A stretch of DNA of 63,692 bases, the filler included, from Asterionella formosa (Eukaryota): the NCBI GenBank assembly GCA_002256025.1. It is 26 parts of 26 records of this genome, joined end to end, with 100 filler letters (N's around TTAATTAATTAA, not from the genome) between each part and the next. Parts side by side here need not be neighbours in the genome. Positions count along the whole stretch, not along the records: positions 25,960 to 27,049 come from NKIB01004400.1; positions 27,150 to 28,239 come from NKIB01004401.1; positions 28,340 to 29,429 come from NKIB01004402.1; positions 29,530 to 30,616 come from NKIB01004403.1; positions 30,717 to 48,237 come from NKIB01004404.1; 21 more parts are not named here. One strand, given 5' to 3'. Positions 25,960-39,052 of the stretch are shown here, piece after piece. The notes under the pieces were generated by a model. The model saw nothing but the letters and a program-made list of their open reading frames with translations, made no database searches and was not told the DNA's origin. Position numbers and translations under genes: made by a program. The number at the start of each line of letters is the position of its first letter. Within the stretch, counting starts at the first letter, position 1.

Positions 25960-26505
25960 ATGCTCAACGATGCTCAACGAGTACCAACGGTGCTTTATTT
26001 CCAATCTGGCAGGCTATTGTAATCTCTACAATCAACAATGACTTAATAATGTGTCTACAACATCAACTACTACTACGTGTGCTGAAATCTACTGTGTGAA
26101 TCTTCCTCTTGCATGTGTTATTCTTTGCCAGTTCAGATCAAAGAAATATGTTGGAGCGGAAAAAATAATAAGTGAATCGGAATCGGCGACTCTTTCGTTC
26201 ATTATATGGTGAAAGCAGCATAATATTGCGGCAGAGCAGCATTATTTCGCTTTTAAACTGTTGCGATGGCTAGTTGGTCAACATATATTGTCACGAACAC
26301 ACATAATTATTGGTGTGATCACATAATTATTCGATAAGTGAAACAAATTTTTGTGTAACCCGAATAAATTAGGGAAAAAGTAGCATAATATTTCAAAAAA
26401 CTAACGTAATATTTTAGAAAAGTAACATAATATTTTAAAAAAAGAGCATAAATACGTCACTTTAGACATAAATTCGAAAAAGTGCCGTAAACGGCGTCTT
26501 AGATG
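25960..26505 (-). mobile_element. Terminus of an unclassified repeat element (copy 1; copy 2 at 48767-49250)
   Basis: Near-identical to 48767-49250. Both end at ...GCCGTAAACGGCGTCTTAGATG with different flanks and carry ~20-nt AT-rich subterminal repeats. Confidence 0.8.
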
Positions 26506-27049
26506 TAGATGATCAAAGTAAACTGGTGGAAGATAATTCTCGTTGATGAATAACATGAGTTCTAATTCAATTGGATGCATGTTCAGAGAATGTTTACTTG
26601 GAAGTTGAAATTGAGGAGGAAGGGGCATTTCCATTGCATTTTCAGGGAGAAAGCCGGTGCGATCTTGAAAATCTGAATATTGCATGGTTTCTGAATTCAA
26701 CCCTTGGACAGTTTTTAGTCTCAATTGTTTGTCCTGTTGTGACTGAATATTGTTATAAACTGAATCGTCGCTGTCATCATGACATGGATGATTGTGGTCA
26801 CTTGATTCAAGGACAGGACACATAATCTCTTCTTGTCTAATCTCCCTAAATGCTGTAGCAGTTACACTGCCATCATTAACTTCTTTCCTTGAATGATTAG
26901 ATGCACTACCGCAATACATAGTTTCACTATGTATTCCAGGAACGCGATGTTCCTGCATGCAATGTCGACAGTGACCATATGCATAAAAAACACGGTTGCT
27001 ACAATTTCGATTGTAAGACTCAGATGGGGATTTGTTCTTGCGAAATTTG
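26506..27049 (-). mobile_element. Fragment of the Plavaka-like element (homologous to ~33885-34428)
   Basis: Near-identical peptide EMPLPPQFQLPSKHSLNMHPIELELMLFINENYLPPVYFDHL. Confidence 0.75.
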
Positions 27050-27794
27050 NNNNNNNNNNNNNNNNNNNNNNNNNNNNNNNNNNNNNNNNNNNNTTAATTA
27101 ATTAANNNNNNNNNNNNNNNNNNNNNNNNNNNNNNNNNNNNNNNNNNNNTGGTACATAAGGTTTGAACATCAAGAACACCAAGCAAATCGCATAAAGATG
27201 TTGCTTCACACAACGAGAAGAACATGGCGAAACTACAGAAATGCATACCCGGTAGACGACTGTTGTATGTGTGCATGGGTGCACTTTTCCCATGCCGGTA
27301 CTCCCGGTGCAAACGGTAGTTAATACCGGGAACCGTGCCCGCAATGTCACCGGTGCCGTTAAATCTCATCGTTGTTTGACGAATCATTCTTTTAAGATTC
27401 TTACTGGTGGGACCAGCTGAAAAACTGCCATGACCCATTGAGTTAGGGTGTTTGTTTGACTTCTCTGACTAAAGGTAAATTCTATCGAATTTCGGACCCA
27501 TCTGTTCGATAGTGTCAGAACAGCATCGATCAATCAAGCTGTCGTGTTGAAATTCTAATCGAACGATTACATCAGAAGATACAATGATGATAAAACAGCT
27601 AAGAAGTGATTTCAATGGGTAATGGCAGTATATACTTTTTATCTGGATAAATTTATATAAATTTATATACATTTTCGAGGACAGATTAGGTCATGTGTTA
27701 ACGCACTTTTATTTCATTATACCTTTTAAAACATATATTCATGATGCCACACCTTCCACCATCATGATGCTCCTTCAACTTTCAAGTCCAATGG

Positions 27795-28239
27795 TCAGAT
27801 CATTGCGATCCCATTGGCCACAGCATCACCTGCATCTTCAGCAGCATGCTGAGGATCAGGAAGCTGTGCTGCAGCAAGTGCATTTCGTGGAATCTGCTCC
27901 CTGCGATGGCAAGTGTCGATGTACCTTTGAAGCAGCTGTTGCCTTGTATTTGGTACTGGTGCATCACCCTCATGTTTATACCAAATTACAAGAGTTCTGA
28001 GTTCAGTCACATTGTATGATTCAATCAGCTTTCCAGTTGCTCTCACAGCATCAACCTTGCTTGTACACCATTTTTTGAAATCGAATATTTGCTCGCTTTT
28101 CCTTTCTGAGTTCAGTCACATTGTATGATTCAATCAGCTTTCCAGTTGCTCTCACAGCATCAACCTTGTACACCATTTTTTGAAATCGAATATTTGCTCG
28201 CTTTTCCTTTTTGTCTTGTGCAAGCTGTTGTATTTTCAT
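27795..28239 (-). pseudogene. C-terminus of a pogo-like (DDE-1) transposase, disrupted by an internal tandem duplication (27995-28210)
   Basis: YNVTELRTLVIWYKHEGDAPVPNTRQQLLQRY resembles diatom DDE-1 transposase tails. The 105/109-nt duplication shifts the frame. Confidence 0.5.
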
Positions 28240-29548
28240 NNNNNNNNNNNNNNNNNNNNNNNNNNNNNNNNNNNNNNNNNNNNTTAATTAATTAANNNNN
28301 NNNNNNNNNNNNNNNNNNNNNNNNNNNNNNNNNNNNNNNCCTGGAGATGAATGGCTGCCAAAACATGCCCCTGTCCAAGTTTTCCAATTCTTTCACATTC
28401 CATTGCATTTGTCTCTGGCTTTCTGCAGTCTCTTAATGTCTTTTGTGGTCGAACCAGCATTTTATCTCTCTGAATGTAATACCAATTGGCTATTATATAA
28501 CGGTCAAAGGTTTTATGGCTGTTTTGCTGAAACCAACATCAGTGGTGCAGAAATGAAAGCAAAAAATATAAATGGAGCCAAATCCGCAAACAAATGAGTC
28601 TGATCCAATAGTGCACTCTATGGAAAGGGCAAGAAGTACGAGTGTGAAGACGAGATTGGGGAATACTCCTATTGTCACTCCATTGAAGACTTTCGGTAAA
28701 GTAGAGAAGTCAGAAGAGTTTGCCACCAAACTTGCATAGGCAAAAAGAACAGCAACGGAATAAGCCCTCAAAAAAAAAAGCAGCATTATAGTAGCACCAA
28801 AAAATGAAGAGTTCGAATTGCTTCTACAGGAAGGAAATTGGGCAAATGAAGCACCAAGAACTATTATCGTCGAAGACAAAGGAACAACAGAGATTTGCCT
28901 GATGGACTTCGGAATCTCAACAGCACAGCAAGAGGACAGTGATTACAATATTTTTAGATTTTCAAGTCCAAACCAAGCAATCCGCATTATTCTCAGGGAT
29001 TTAATCTCTGCACAAGACTGATGCTATCCAAGCACAATCATATCACAACCACAGCACAACAAAATTGTTCAACTCGTCCCACTCGAGGGAGTGTATCCAC
29101 CCTTTTCCCCACGTGTCAGTGTCCAAAGTCACCACGTTTGTTGGGTTGGTAAGTAATTTAGAACTTCAAGGCTGGCAACTCCAGGAAGCGCCACGCAAGC
29201 TACCCTACCAGCAATAGAGTAGTTTTAAAGTGTTTAAGCCATTCCCCTAGCTAACACTTATCCTAATTCAGAATGTCAATGAAATAACCAAATCATCTAC
29301 CATTCACCCGGAAATACAACAGATCCTAATAAAAGCACCTACTAGTCACATTACAAAAAGTTGAATTAAATCTTATAGTACATTAAGCTATCCAATAACC
29401 GCACTTGTGCCCATATTTTCAATGGAAACNNNNNNNNNNNNNNNNNNNNNNNNNNNNNNNNNNNNNNNNNNNNTTAATTAATTAANNNNNNNNNNNNNNN
29501 NNNNNNNNNNNNNNNNNNNNNNNNNNNNNTGCTGATGGCAGCTTTGCC

Positions 29549-30251
29549 TTGTTATTTCCCAGCAATCTCATTCATAATTCATATGAAATTGTCGAGGAGG
29601 AAGAAGATGACAACAATGAAGGTGTGAGTGAGCATTATGATAGTCAGTTTACAATGATCACTTTGGCATATGAAACTGGAAACAATGGTGTGCTTACCTG
29701 GGGAAGTTTGGAGGCAAATACAAACACAACGAAAACAAACAAGGAGGACATGAGTAATACAACTGTTGGTGGACGGCCCAAAGGTGCCACCATTGCTGCC
29801 ACCATTAGCAACAAATCCCAGATGCAAAAAGCATTGAGTGAAGCAACAGATGAGTACATGAATAAAATGCTATTCCTTTCCTTCTCTCTTTTTTGCTCTC
29901 TCCCTACTTGATTAATCATCTTGTTGCTTCCCTTGTTGTTGATGAATCTTACTTTGGTTGCCAAAAACACATGATGCGCAATTTTTGACATCCGCATGTC
30001 ACAATCATTTTTGCTTGATTTTTTCAATGGTCCGAATTTTTCTCTTCTCCATGATGTTCTTTGACCAATTGAAAAAACCAACATTTACCGTTATTCTGGT
30101 TGTCATGCTAAAATCGGCAATTTTATTGCCGAAAAATTCGATGTGCCCCATATTGCCCTTAAATAAAAATTACTTAAGAAATTACTTAGAGACTAAAAAT
30201 TACTTAGAAGTACCCGAATGGCAAGACGATAGCTGGAGCGGGAATTGCCGG
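29549..30251 (+). mobile_element. Degenerate pogo-like transposon fragment with TA-flanked terminus at 30251
   Basis: Peptide GGRPKGAT..KALSEATDEY. 30084-30251 is a multicopy end sequence terminating ...GGAATTGCCGG|TA. Confidence 0.5.
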
Positions 30252-30380
30252 TACACACAGACCTCGCAATGTGTAACTGCCGGATGTCGCAAAATTACCC
30301 ACAACCTACTTTTATCCTGACAAAACCGTTGGGCACCACAGCGCACAATCTTTCGTCGTCTTTAGTGAGATATCCGTATT

Positions 30381-30616
30381 ATGTATGGAAGGGAAGTGTA
30401 TAGAGATGATACGCCCTTAGCCGATGCTTCCTTTGTTGGACGTCAGATCAAATGTGTTATCTCGGCAGCTCTTTTTATCACCGTATCAATTTGGCTCATT
30501 TTCAGCAGCAGGGGCGGACCACAGGGACTTTTCAGCAAATTCGGGGTTAATCATGAAACGTCCTTCAAAGTACATGAAAATGCAACATTCTCCTCTAATG
30601 AATCTGCTGTAGACTT
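30381..30616 (+). CDS. N-terminus of a putative type II membrane protein (3' partial)
   Basis: ATG, one hydrophobic segment CVISAALFITVSIWLIF, and NAT/NES sequons. Runs into a spacer. Confidence 0.4.
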
Positions 30617-30716
30617 NNNNNNNNNNNNNNNNNNNNNNNNNNNNNNNNNNNNNNNNNNNNTTAATTAATTAANNNNNNNNNNNNNNNNNNNNNNNNNNNN
30701 NNNNNNNNNNNNNNNN

Positions 30717-30873
30717 TATTGTTAGTAGCAGTAGAAGTAGTAGCGTGCAAAGCAGAATGAAACGTTGTTCTTAGCGCGTCTATTTGCCATAATGGGGCAA
30801 GTGGCGCAAAGGACCAACAAGCTCTTGGCAAGAGGACGACGACCACGAAAATGCTTCTGGGAGCAAGAGGCAT
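30717..30873 (-). CDS. N-terminus of a plastid-targeted protein (3' partial)
   Basis: MPLAPRSIFVVVVLLPRACWS-FAP followed by a Ser/Thr/Ala-rich transit-like peptide. Confidence 0.6.
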
Positions 30874-31161
30874 GATTGCTGTTCTTGTTTCGTACAAAGT
30901 GTGACAAGAGAGAAAGAGATGTGTGAAATAGGGTAATCACTGAGTCTCTATACTGTGTGATCAATCTCCTGACGATGATCGTGTGATGGATGCAAGATAT
31001 AAAATATATTACGTGTATTCTGTAAATTAGAGCTATGTATGCTAATAATGATGTGATTCAATCACCAGTGCCCGCCGATGTGGTGCTACCTGGTACCACC
31101 AGGTGACGCATTTCGGGACTACATTCCGGTACTCAACGACATGACAATGTTTAGCAGCAGG

Positions 31162-32602
31162 GCACATGCCACCAAATGTTGATTTGATGTAATCTAAACA
31201 CGCCTTGTTGGTACGTTCAATGGTCTGATTCATTGGAAGTAGTGCATCAGAACCATTCCATATGAAATCGGCAAGCTCTGGGTCACTCTCCACTTCTTTG
31301 CCTAACTCCGGTTTCACTGCGTATAGCCGAGTTAGGCAACATTCGGCAAACCAAGAATCCTGTTTGTGATTGGAAATGCCTTTCGTACTACTTGGACAAG
31401 ATAGGGCGGAAAGTTTGATTATCTTTTGGGAACAGAAAAAAGCACATTTGATTGATATTCTTTTTTACAGTACCTGCAATTCACAAACTATAACATCAAA
31501 CTTACATCTTCACAGCAAAACTTCTTGGTCTTGAAAATAAAACTCACAAACTTTGTGACAATCGATGGTTCAATTTTAGCTAGGCGGGAACGACGTTCTG
31601 ATAAGGCTGCTGAAATTGAAAAGTCTTGATAACCTTGTATGGACGAGTTTTGAACCAAATTACAACCTTTGTAGTGATTGAGTTCATTGACAAATTGATA
31701 ATATCCTTTGGCAAGTGCAAAATGTTTTTCCCTCAGTTTGTCATGTACTTGTTGGTCCATGCGATTAGAAAATTTATGATATGGTACCATGTCGTCCATC
31801 TGCATCCGGGAGTTATTAATGGTATCATCAGCAGGAGCCATTTTTCTTTTATCAACAACTGAAGAAGAAAAAACATCATCATCGCTGTCAGTATCAATTA
31901 AGGGATCCTGTGTAGCTGATGGTGTCCCCATCAACGATCGGGTAGCTAGTACCCCCACTAACTCCCTGTCGCCAATTGGGTTCCTTTGGATAATCGCCGA
32001 TTCTCTTTTTCATTGTTAACTCATTTTGGTACTCGCTTCTTTGTTCCATACCAGCAGTATTTGCCACATGTTGCTTGTTTCCATGAACCTCTTAATGGTT
32101 TCTTGAAGACATTGTACTACTTGATAACTGTTGTTGTCGTCTTTTCAATTTCAGCAGCCTTATCAGAACGTCATTCCCGCCTAGCTAAAATTGAACCATC
32201 GATTGTCACAAAGTTTGTGAGTTTTATTATCAAGACCAAGAAGTTTTGCTGTGAAGATGTAAGTTTGATGTTATAGTTTGTGAATTGCAGGTACTGTAAA
32301 AAAGAATATCAATCAAATGTGCTTTTTTCTGTTCCCAAAAGATAATCAAACTTTCCGCCCTATCTTGTCCAAGTAGTACGAAAGGCATTTCCAATCACAA
32401 ACAGGATTCTTGGTTTGCCAAATGTTGCCTAACTCGGCTATACACAGTGAAACCGGAGTTAGGCAAAGAAGTGGAGAGTGACCCAGAGCTTGCCGATTTC
32501 ATATGGAATGGTTCTGATGCACTACTTCCAATGAATCAGACCATTGAACGTACCAACAAGGCGCGTTTAGATTACATCAAATCAACATTTGGTGGCATGT
32601 GC
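31162..32602. repeat. 462-bp inverted duplication (31162-31623 / 32141-32602) with 517-bp spacer
   Basis: The arms are reverse complements with 5 mismatches counted by eye. Confidence 0.95.
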
Positions 32603-33536
32603 ATTAAAAAGTTGAGCGAGAGAATGTCAGAATGTATTGAATAATCAATTAAAAGGAATCTTAGGTAAGTTCTTGCAGGGAGATGCTCCGAAAGCATGAT
32701 GTTTTGAGTCGGTGATTATATTCTTATCAAATATGTTTGAATTTAAAATGCTAACATAATTCAGGACACACCAGCTGGTCTGACAGAATATAGCTAACTT
32801 CCAGACTATTGATATTGATGACTTTATTAGGTGGGCGTTGACGCTTTATCGTTTTGCACAGTCAAAGGACATTGACAGGAGAAGCCATGGATACCAAGTT
32901 TGGCGTGATGTTCTTGCTCCGGTGTATTTTATAGGCAGGACAAGCCGTGGAGAACCTTTTTAACAGGAGACAAATCTGGTGTGACCAAATTTCAACTCAG
33001 TTTTCGGGCACAGTGTGAATTGCAAACACGTTTTGTTGGTTCGCTGATCAATGCCAGTACAGAAGCCTTTTGCTTCTTGGTGCTGAAAGGAAAATTCCGA
33101 TTGCAACAAAAATATTTGGGTTTCAATCCAGATACGCAGGAAATTTCAGAGAACGATATTCGTCATTTTACCGATTTTGTCGACATTGGTGGGAAACCAC
33201 TTATTTAAAAAAGTGTTAGGGAAGAAAGTTCAGTTTCAAATGGTCTCACTGATCAATGGACTGATGATATACTCGTTTATTATAAGGAAATCTACACTTG
33301 ACTTTCACAAAAGAATCGATCTGAATATGGAAGGAATCCTAGTGGAATTGCTACTTGCTTCCACCACAAATATCATCTACGCACACTCATACTTCTCATT
33401 TCCCAACGTAAGTGAAGAGGATATGCATCAATATGTTGAACCACTTCAACCAAATGTTCCTGAGAAGAATATTGATTACAATGACCGCATTAATCAACGG
33501 GACATTGATTACGACGTTGATTTTGAATGGATCTAA
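32141..33536 (+). pseudogene. Spliced, degenerate gene of unknown function upstream of the Plavaka-like transposase; its 5' part lies inverted at ~31624-32140
   Basis: Exon pieces FSISAALSER..FCCED|IIKLSALSC..ADFIWNG..STFGGMCIKKLSERM with gtaag donors and internal stops. Confidence 0.5.
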
Positions 33537-33829
33537 TAGAATCCAATGTATACTTATTATTTACATTATAAATTTAGTTAGTGTGAGACTTCTACAATGC
33601 AAACCATATCATAGATGTTAAGAAAACATTGATGTTTTTCTATACTACTAGTAGTGCCGCCTGTACTATATGTAGCGGTATACCTCCATTTTTACTACTA
33701 TGGTGGAGTGATAATTTCACGACTCTATATTGTCCAGCACAGCATGTTCGAAGTGGCGCTCAATTTATTATTATATATTAATTCATTTTCATTCTATCCT
33801 TTTCTAATCCTGACTTGGTCATCATTTGC

Positions 33830-35690
33830 AATTCGCAATGTCTCTGCGCACATTGCAATGGTGTTATCTGTGTAACTACAAATTTCGGAAGAACAAATCC
33901 CCATCTGAGTCTCACAATCGAAATTGTAGCAACCGTGTTTTTTATGCATATGGTCACTGTCAACATTGCATGCAGTAACATCGAGTTTCTGGAATACATA
34001 GTGAAACTATGTATTGCGGTAGTGCATCGAATCATTCAAGGAAAGAAGTTATTAATGGCAGTGTAACTGCTGCAGCATTAAGGGAGATTAGACAACAAGA
34101 AGAGATTATGTGTCCTATCCTTGAATCAAGTGACCACAATCATCCATTTCATGACGACAGCGACGATTCAGTTTATAACAATATTCAGTCACAACAGGAC
34201 GAACAATTGAGACTAAAAACTGTCCAAGGGTTGAATTCAGAAACCATGATGCAATATTCAGATTTTCAAGATCGCACCGGCTTTCTCCCTGAAAATGCAA
34301 TGGAAATGCCCCTTCCTCCTCAATTTCAACTTCCAAGTAAAAATTCTCTGAACATGCATCCAATCGAATAAGAACTCATGTTATTCCTCAACGAGAATTA
34401 TCTTCCACCAGTTTACTTTGATCATCTAATGAAATGGCTGTTCAAGGCAAAAGCAATGAAATATTTTGATGGAAGGTATCAAGCTCCATCCTACCAGACT
34501 TTGAAAAAACGCATGGATATTTCATTTCCACCAACATTAGCTGGTGGTCAACTGTTGACCAAATAAATAAAGATTGATAACAATTCAAATATGATCATCC
34601 CACGCACACTCCATTATTTCGAACCAGTACAGCTCATGGCAGGCAGGATTACTACGTGATTTCCATATCATGCAACATTTTGTTTGTCACCCACAAGTGA
34701 AACTTACAACTTGTGGAGATCATATGCATATATGACGAAGTAACTTCTGCGATTTGGTTTGAAAATGCATTCAACAATTCTCCTGCATCAGAAAATGGAG
34801 TGTTGAAGACAGGGTGTTTATTTGTTGCCCTAGCAGTTTTCAGTGATGGTTCACCTATTGATAAACAAATGATACATTCCGAGCATCCGTTTTTGCTGAC
34901 AATGTTAAACTTAACGTTAGAAGGAAGAAAAAAGTTGATGGATGGCAATTAGTATCTCTTTTGCCAGACATAAAATCAGGTCAGTGATCTGGAGAAACAA
35001 ATGAATAATAAGTTATCTGGTGACGACTTGTCTTTTTGTAGACTCAAATTATACCATTCTGTTACAGGATTTCTATTGTCGCCTTTCGAAGAGCGATCCA
35101 AACAAGTCATACTATATTTAGGTTCATGGTCTTGGTATGACAAAAGTTTATTTCCAGATTGAAATGATCATTGGTGATGCAGAAGAGCACAACAAAATTT
35201 GTGGTTTCAGGGGTGGTAATGGATTATATCGACGATATGTTTGTTGTGATTGCCTGGTTTCAACTGAAGATGCTGATAATCCCGATATTGGATGTGAATG
35301 TCGTAAAGTGGCAGATATTAAAAAATTTTAAACAAATTTCTTGACAAAAATGCATATCCCAATGGAAAATTACCATGTATCCCACCTGAGTATTGTGTCT
35401 CCCAATCTAATGGCAAATACGCACCAGCAAACGAGTGGTGCCATGTTATATCGCATAATCCTATTATGCCTCCACTAAAAAATCATTTTTTTGGTGGTGA
35501 CTTAGAAGGATTATTTGGTGCAACTCCATTTGAGTTTCTTCATCAATTACTACTAGGAATATTTAAGTTCGCACATTTTGGAATCTTTGTACAATTATCG
35601 GACTATCCCTGAAGAATGGACATGTTTTTTTTCAAGAAAGAAAATCTCCAGATATTCCAGAAAACATCTCCGATCATAAACGTAACAGTG
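33830..35690 (+). mobile_element. Degenerate Plavaka-like (CACTA-related) transposase
   Basis: Ordered fragments YDEVTSAIWF, ALAVFSDGSPID, HPFLLTMLNL, MIIGDAEEHNKICG..CCDC and GLFGATPFEFLHQLLLGIFK, with stops and frameshifts. Multicopy in the window. Confidence 0.7.
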
Positions 35691-38600
35691 AAACAACAGA
35701 TTCCAGGGCGCTCCCAACTCATTGCTTTTGTCTTTGTGAATCTTCATTGTCTTTTTCATCATGATATATTGCTGTGATCCATTTGTCCAGTTCTGGCGCA
35801 ATTGTTTCATCAGTGACATCTTCTATTTTATCTTTCTTCTTCATTCTTGTCAATGATGTCGAGATCATTAGCACTCTTGCATTCTTGCATTCTTCTGATT
35901 GCACTATAATGGCGCTCACTTTCTTGATTAAGCAGGGGGGAGGGGTTGTTCGATTTTACAGCTCGTTGTACTGTTTCTCTACTATTCTCATTCTATCGGA
36001 TTTCGTTACTATCTTATGGATTTGTTCAATGTTAATGATTCGTACTTTCTCTGCCTGGTTGGCCTCTTGGATAGCACCTTTCGTTGTGTTGAATCTGTCT
36101 TTTTAGGAATTATTACAATCAGGACCCGGAGGTCCCCGTAACTTGACTACCACGAAATTCTGTGATCAACCCTGTAGTGCAATAGTAGACTTTCGTTAAC
36201 TCGCCTTTATACTTGGCAGAAATGTGTTAACAACGAAGCAATATCTGTTTCTATATCCATTTTATCTTTTTTAGTGTCTGTTGTGCCAGAATTTTGGTAA
36301 GCCAACCACATCATGCATGATGTTATTTATTTATGCAACATAACGAAAGAATTCATTATTCTAAGGATGAAGAAAATGATTTGCCGGGTACCTTTTCAAG
36401 CAAAGCCAAATATCCTTAAGGTTATCATAAGAGCCTATTCTGTTTTATCTAAAAAGATCAGGTGATAGAGGACCATGTTTGCTTCCCTACCTGTTCCAGT
36501 ACTAGGGGAAGTCAGTCACATAATTTTGACAAAGCACCATTATGTAAGAAAAGAAACTAAGCTAGTGCTATAGCAGTGATCATACTACCAGTAGCACTGG
36601 TAAGCACCTACTCTCACCATGGAGGGCGATGTATATCTACAGCCACACAATCAAATCATTCTTGCTTCACAATAACTGCAGCTTATTCAATAAGCAACAA
36701 AAAGATGAAAGAATCACCAGAACAACAACTTACTTGATGATTAAGAGAACACATTCCATTGTGATCCAAACAGATCCTAAAAGCTGCAAAATAATATAAG
36801 AGTCTTCCATACATTCCACAAAAGGCAAGGCAAAAACAAGAGAGGCGAAAAAAGAAATGCATCACTCAAAGTTCAAACCAAGTCATCGGCCTTCTCTTCA
36901 GTAATCAAGACTAGTAGCTAGGGAAGGGATTGATTCACCATTTCCAGAATTTGTCATACACAGCACACGCATTTCCACCTACTCTAGCTAATTTGAAAGA
37001 GGAGTGGAAGAATAAGAAACATGTGCTCTACCCTACTATAACTTGAGTAGTCTTAAGGCGCTTAATCAATGAGGTTACTAAAAGGGGGTGACAGCAATGA
37101 GGATGATCATGATTGACAATTTGTTAGAGCTCTCTCATATTTTGAGCAAAAACATCTCATCAAGGTTATGTCAGAAATATTATTGGTGACTTTGAAATGC
37201 TATGAGCAATTTTTGATGTTTTGAGACAGCAAGATCGATGCTGCACCATACGTTTGCTCTCAATTGAGCTTAAAAGGTTGGCTGGGAACAAAACTCTGTC
37301 CGTTGCAACTCTGTCACCAAGGGTCAAGCGTTGGATGGTCAAGAAGGGTATTGTTTTTTGGAGAGCAACAAGTGTAGCACAAGAATTGACCAAGTCAGAG
37401 TGCTTGAGTTAGTAACATACACCAATCAAAAGATTCAGACCTTTGGTATAGACCCTAGATACATTCTTTTCCTTAAGTCTGTGATTGAAAAAGCGTGAAT
37501 ACAACAAGAAGGTGGTAGCATGGCAGTTCATGTCATTATTACCTGACATAGAAGTAAGCAACTTGGAAAATATTCCAATCTATAAGATTTGAGTACTAAA
37601 GAACATTTAGCCCAATATCACTGATCTACGGGCTTTTTATTGATTCTGTTGAAGTGATAAAGCTACTTCCTGATTTGTGATGTCTGTGTGCTCTAAGTTA
37701 GTGGCACATAAACGTTCTTTCTAATAGTCAATGAGAATGGAAGACTCATGATTAAGACCTCAAGCAACAAACTGTGATGCCATTTGGTCCATCATCACTC
37801 TGATCCACACCTCATCTTGAAGGATAGATTTTAAAAATGAACCTATGTCCGCAGTACGCGAATTATGATCAAAAGGAATTATCTTCTTGATTTCGGATGG
37901 TAATTGGGCATGACCTTCAATGGATTGTTCTCTGATTCTGTTGTATAAATTGACCAAATCTTTTGCTTTTGTGTAAAAAAAATCTTACTTCGCCGGCATA
38001 ATATTCTTCTTCAAACCATATCATTCATTACAAGACTAAGATCTTCGTCTTGCCCATGGGAAGGTAGCTTGTTAGGAACTCGACGAGCGCACATGGCTTG
38101 GAGAAAGAGAAGAAATTTGATTGCCAATATGCGAATGGAAAGAGGCGAGAGGAGTGCCAGTACATGGAATGCATCAAAGCATGTAAAGTGATCAAATTGG
38201 AATGGCAACAAAAAAACCGATGCACGAAAATCAGTATATTAATCATTTGGTACATGTTCTGTTTTGATTAATTGGAGTGACCAGGGTTGACACTCTGCCT
38301 GGACTAAGGGAAAATTAGGAGAACCAACTAACCTGCTAATGGAAGACTTTTACTTCCATAAAGTGATGATATTTATTCTTATGGAACTGCGGCTGACTAC
38401 TGAACTCATGGCTAGTAGGGAATGGCTTAGTGGTTCAGCAAATTGCCTTTGCAAATGAAGTTGTGGGTTTGATTGCTGCTTCTTTTTTGAGAAGCAATTG
38501 TTGGGTTGGATTACCATACTCATTACCATCATTTGCAAAAGATGACTGGAGAAACACCTATGCTAAAAAGACTAGGAAAGCACCAGTCTTGTCAGCATAC

Positions 38601-39052
38601 CATGCTACCAAATCAGTCTAGATTTTGTCAATAGTGATAGTCTGGTATGAAAGAACAGAACACAACCAGAAAAATAATTTAATGAATAGCTTTTGGTTGT
38701 TTTGTGCCTATATGGGCAACCTAAAATCATAGACTTAGGGCAAATTCATGTTGCATTAGGTTGTTCCCCCTGATATGCATGGGGACAAAGCGTGAGGAAA
38801 GGATTGAGAATTTCGTTGGAGGAAAAAGGTCCACCACATCGAAGAAAAAATACAAAAATCATTCCAGCATGAGTTTTTTCAGATCAGCATACTGCAACAC
38901 ATTTTTTCTATTTTGCTCGCCATATTAAGTCATTTGATTTTTGTCATGATGATCACTTTATAAGACTGGTGGCCCAGTTCCACTCGCACACTATGTTCCT
39001 TGTGACTTGTGTTGGAATGGAATACAGATATTCTTTCATCACATCTCCAAAT

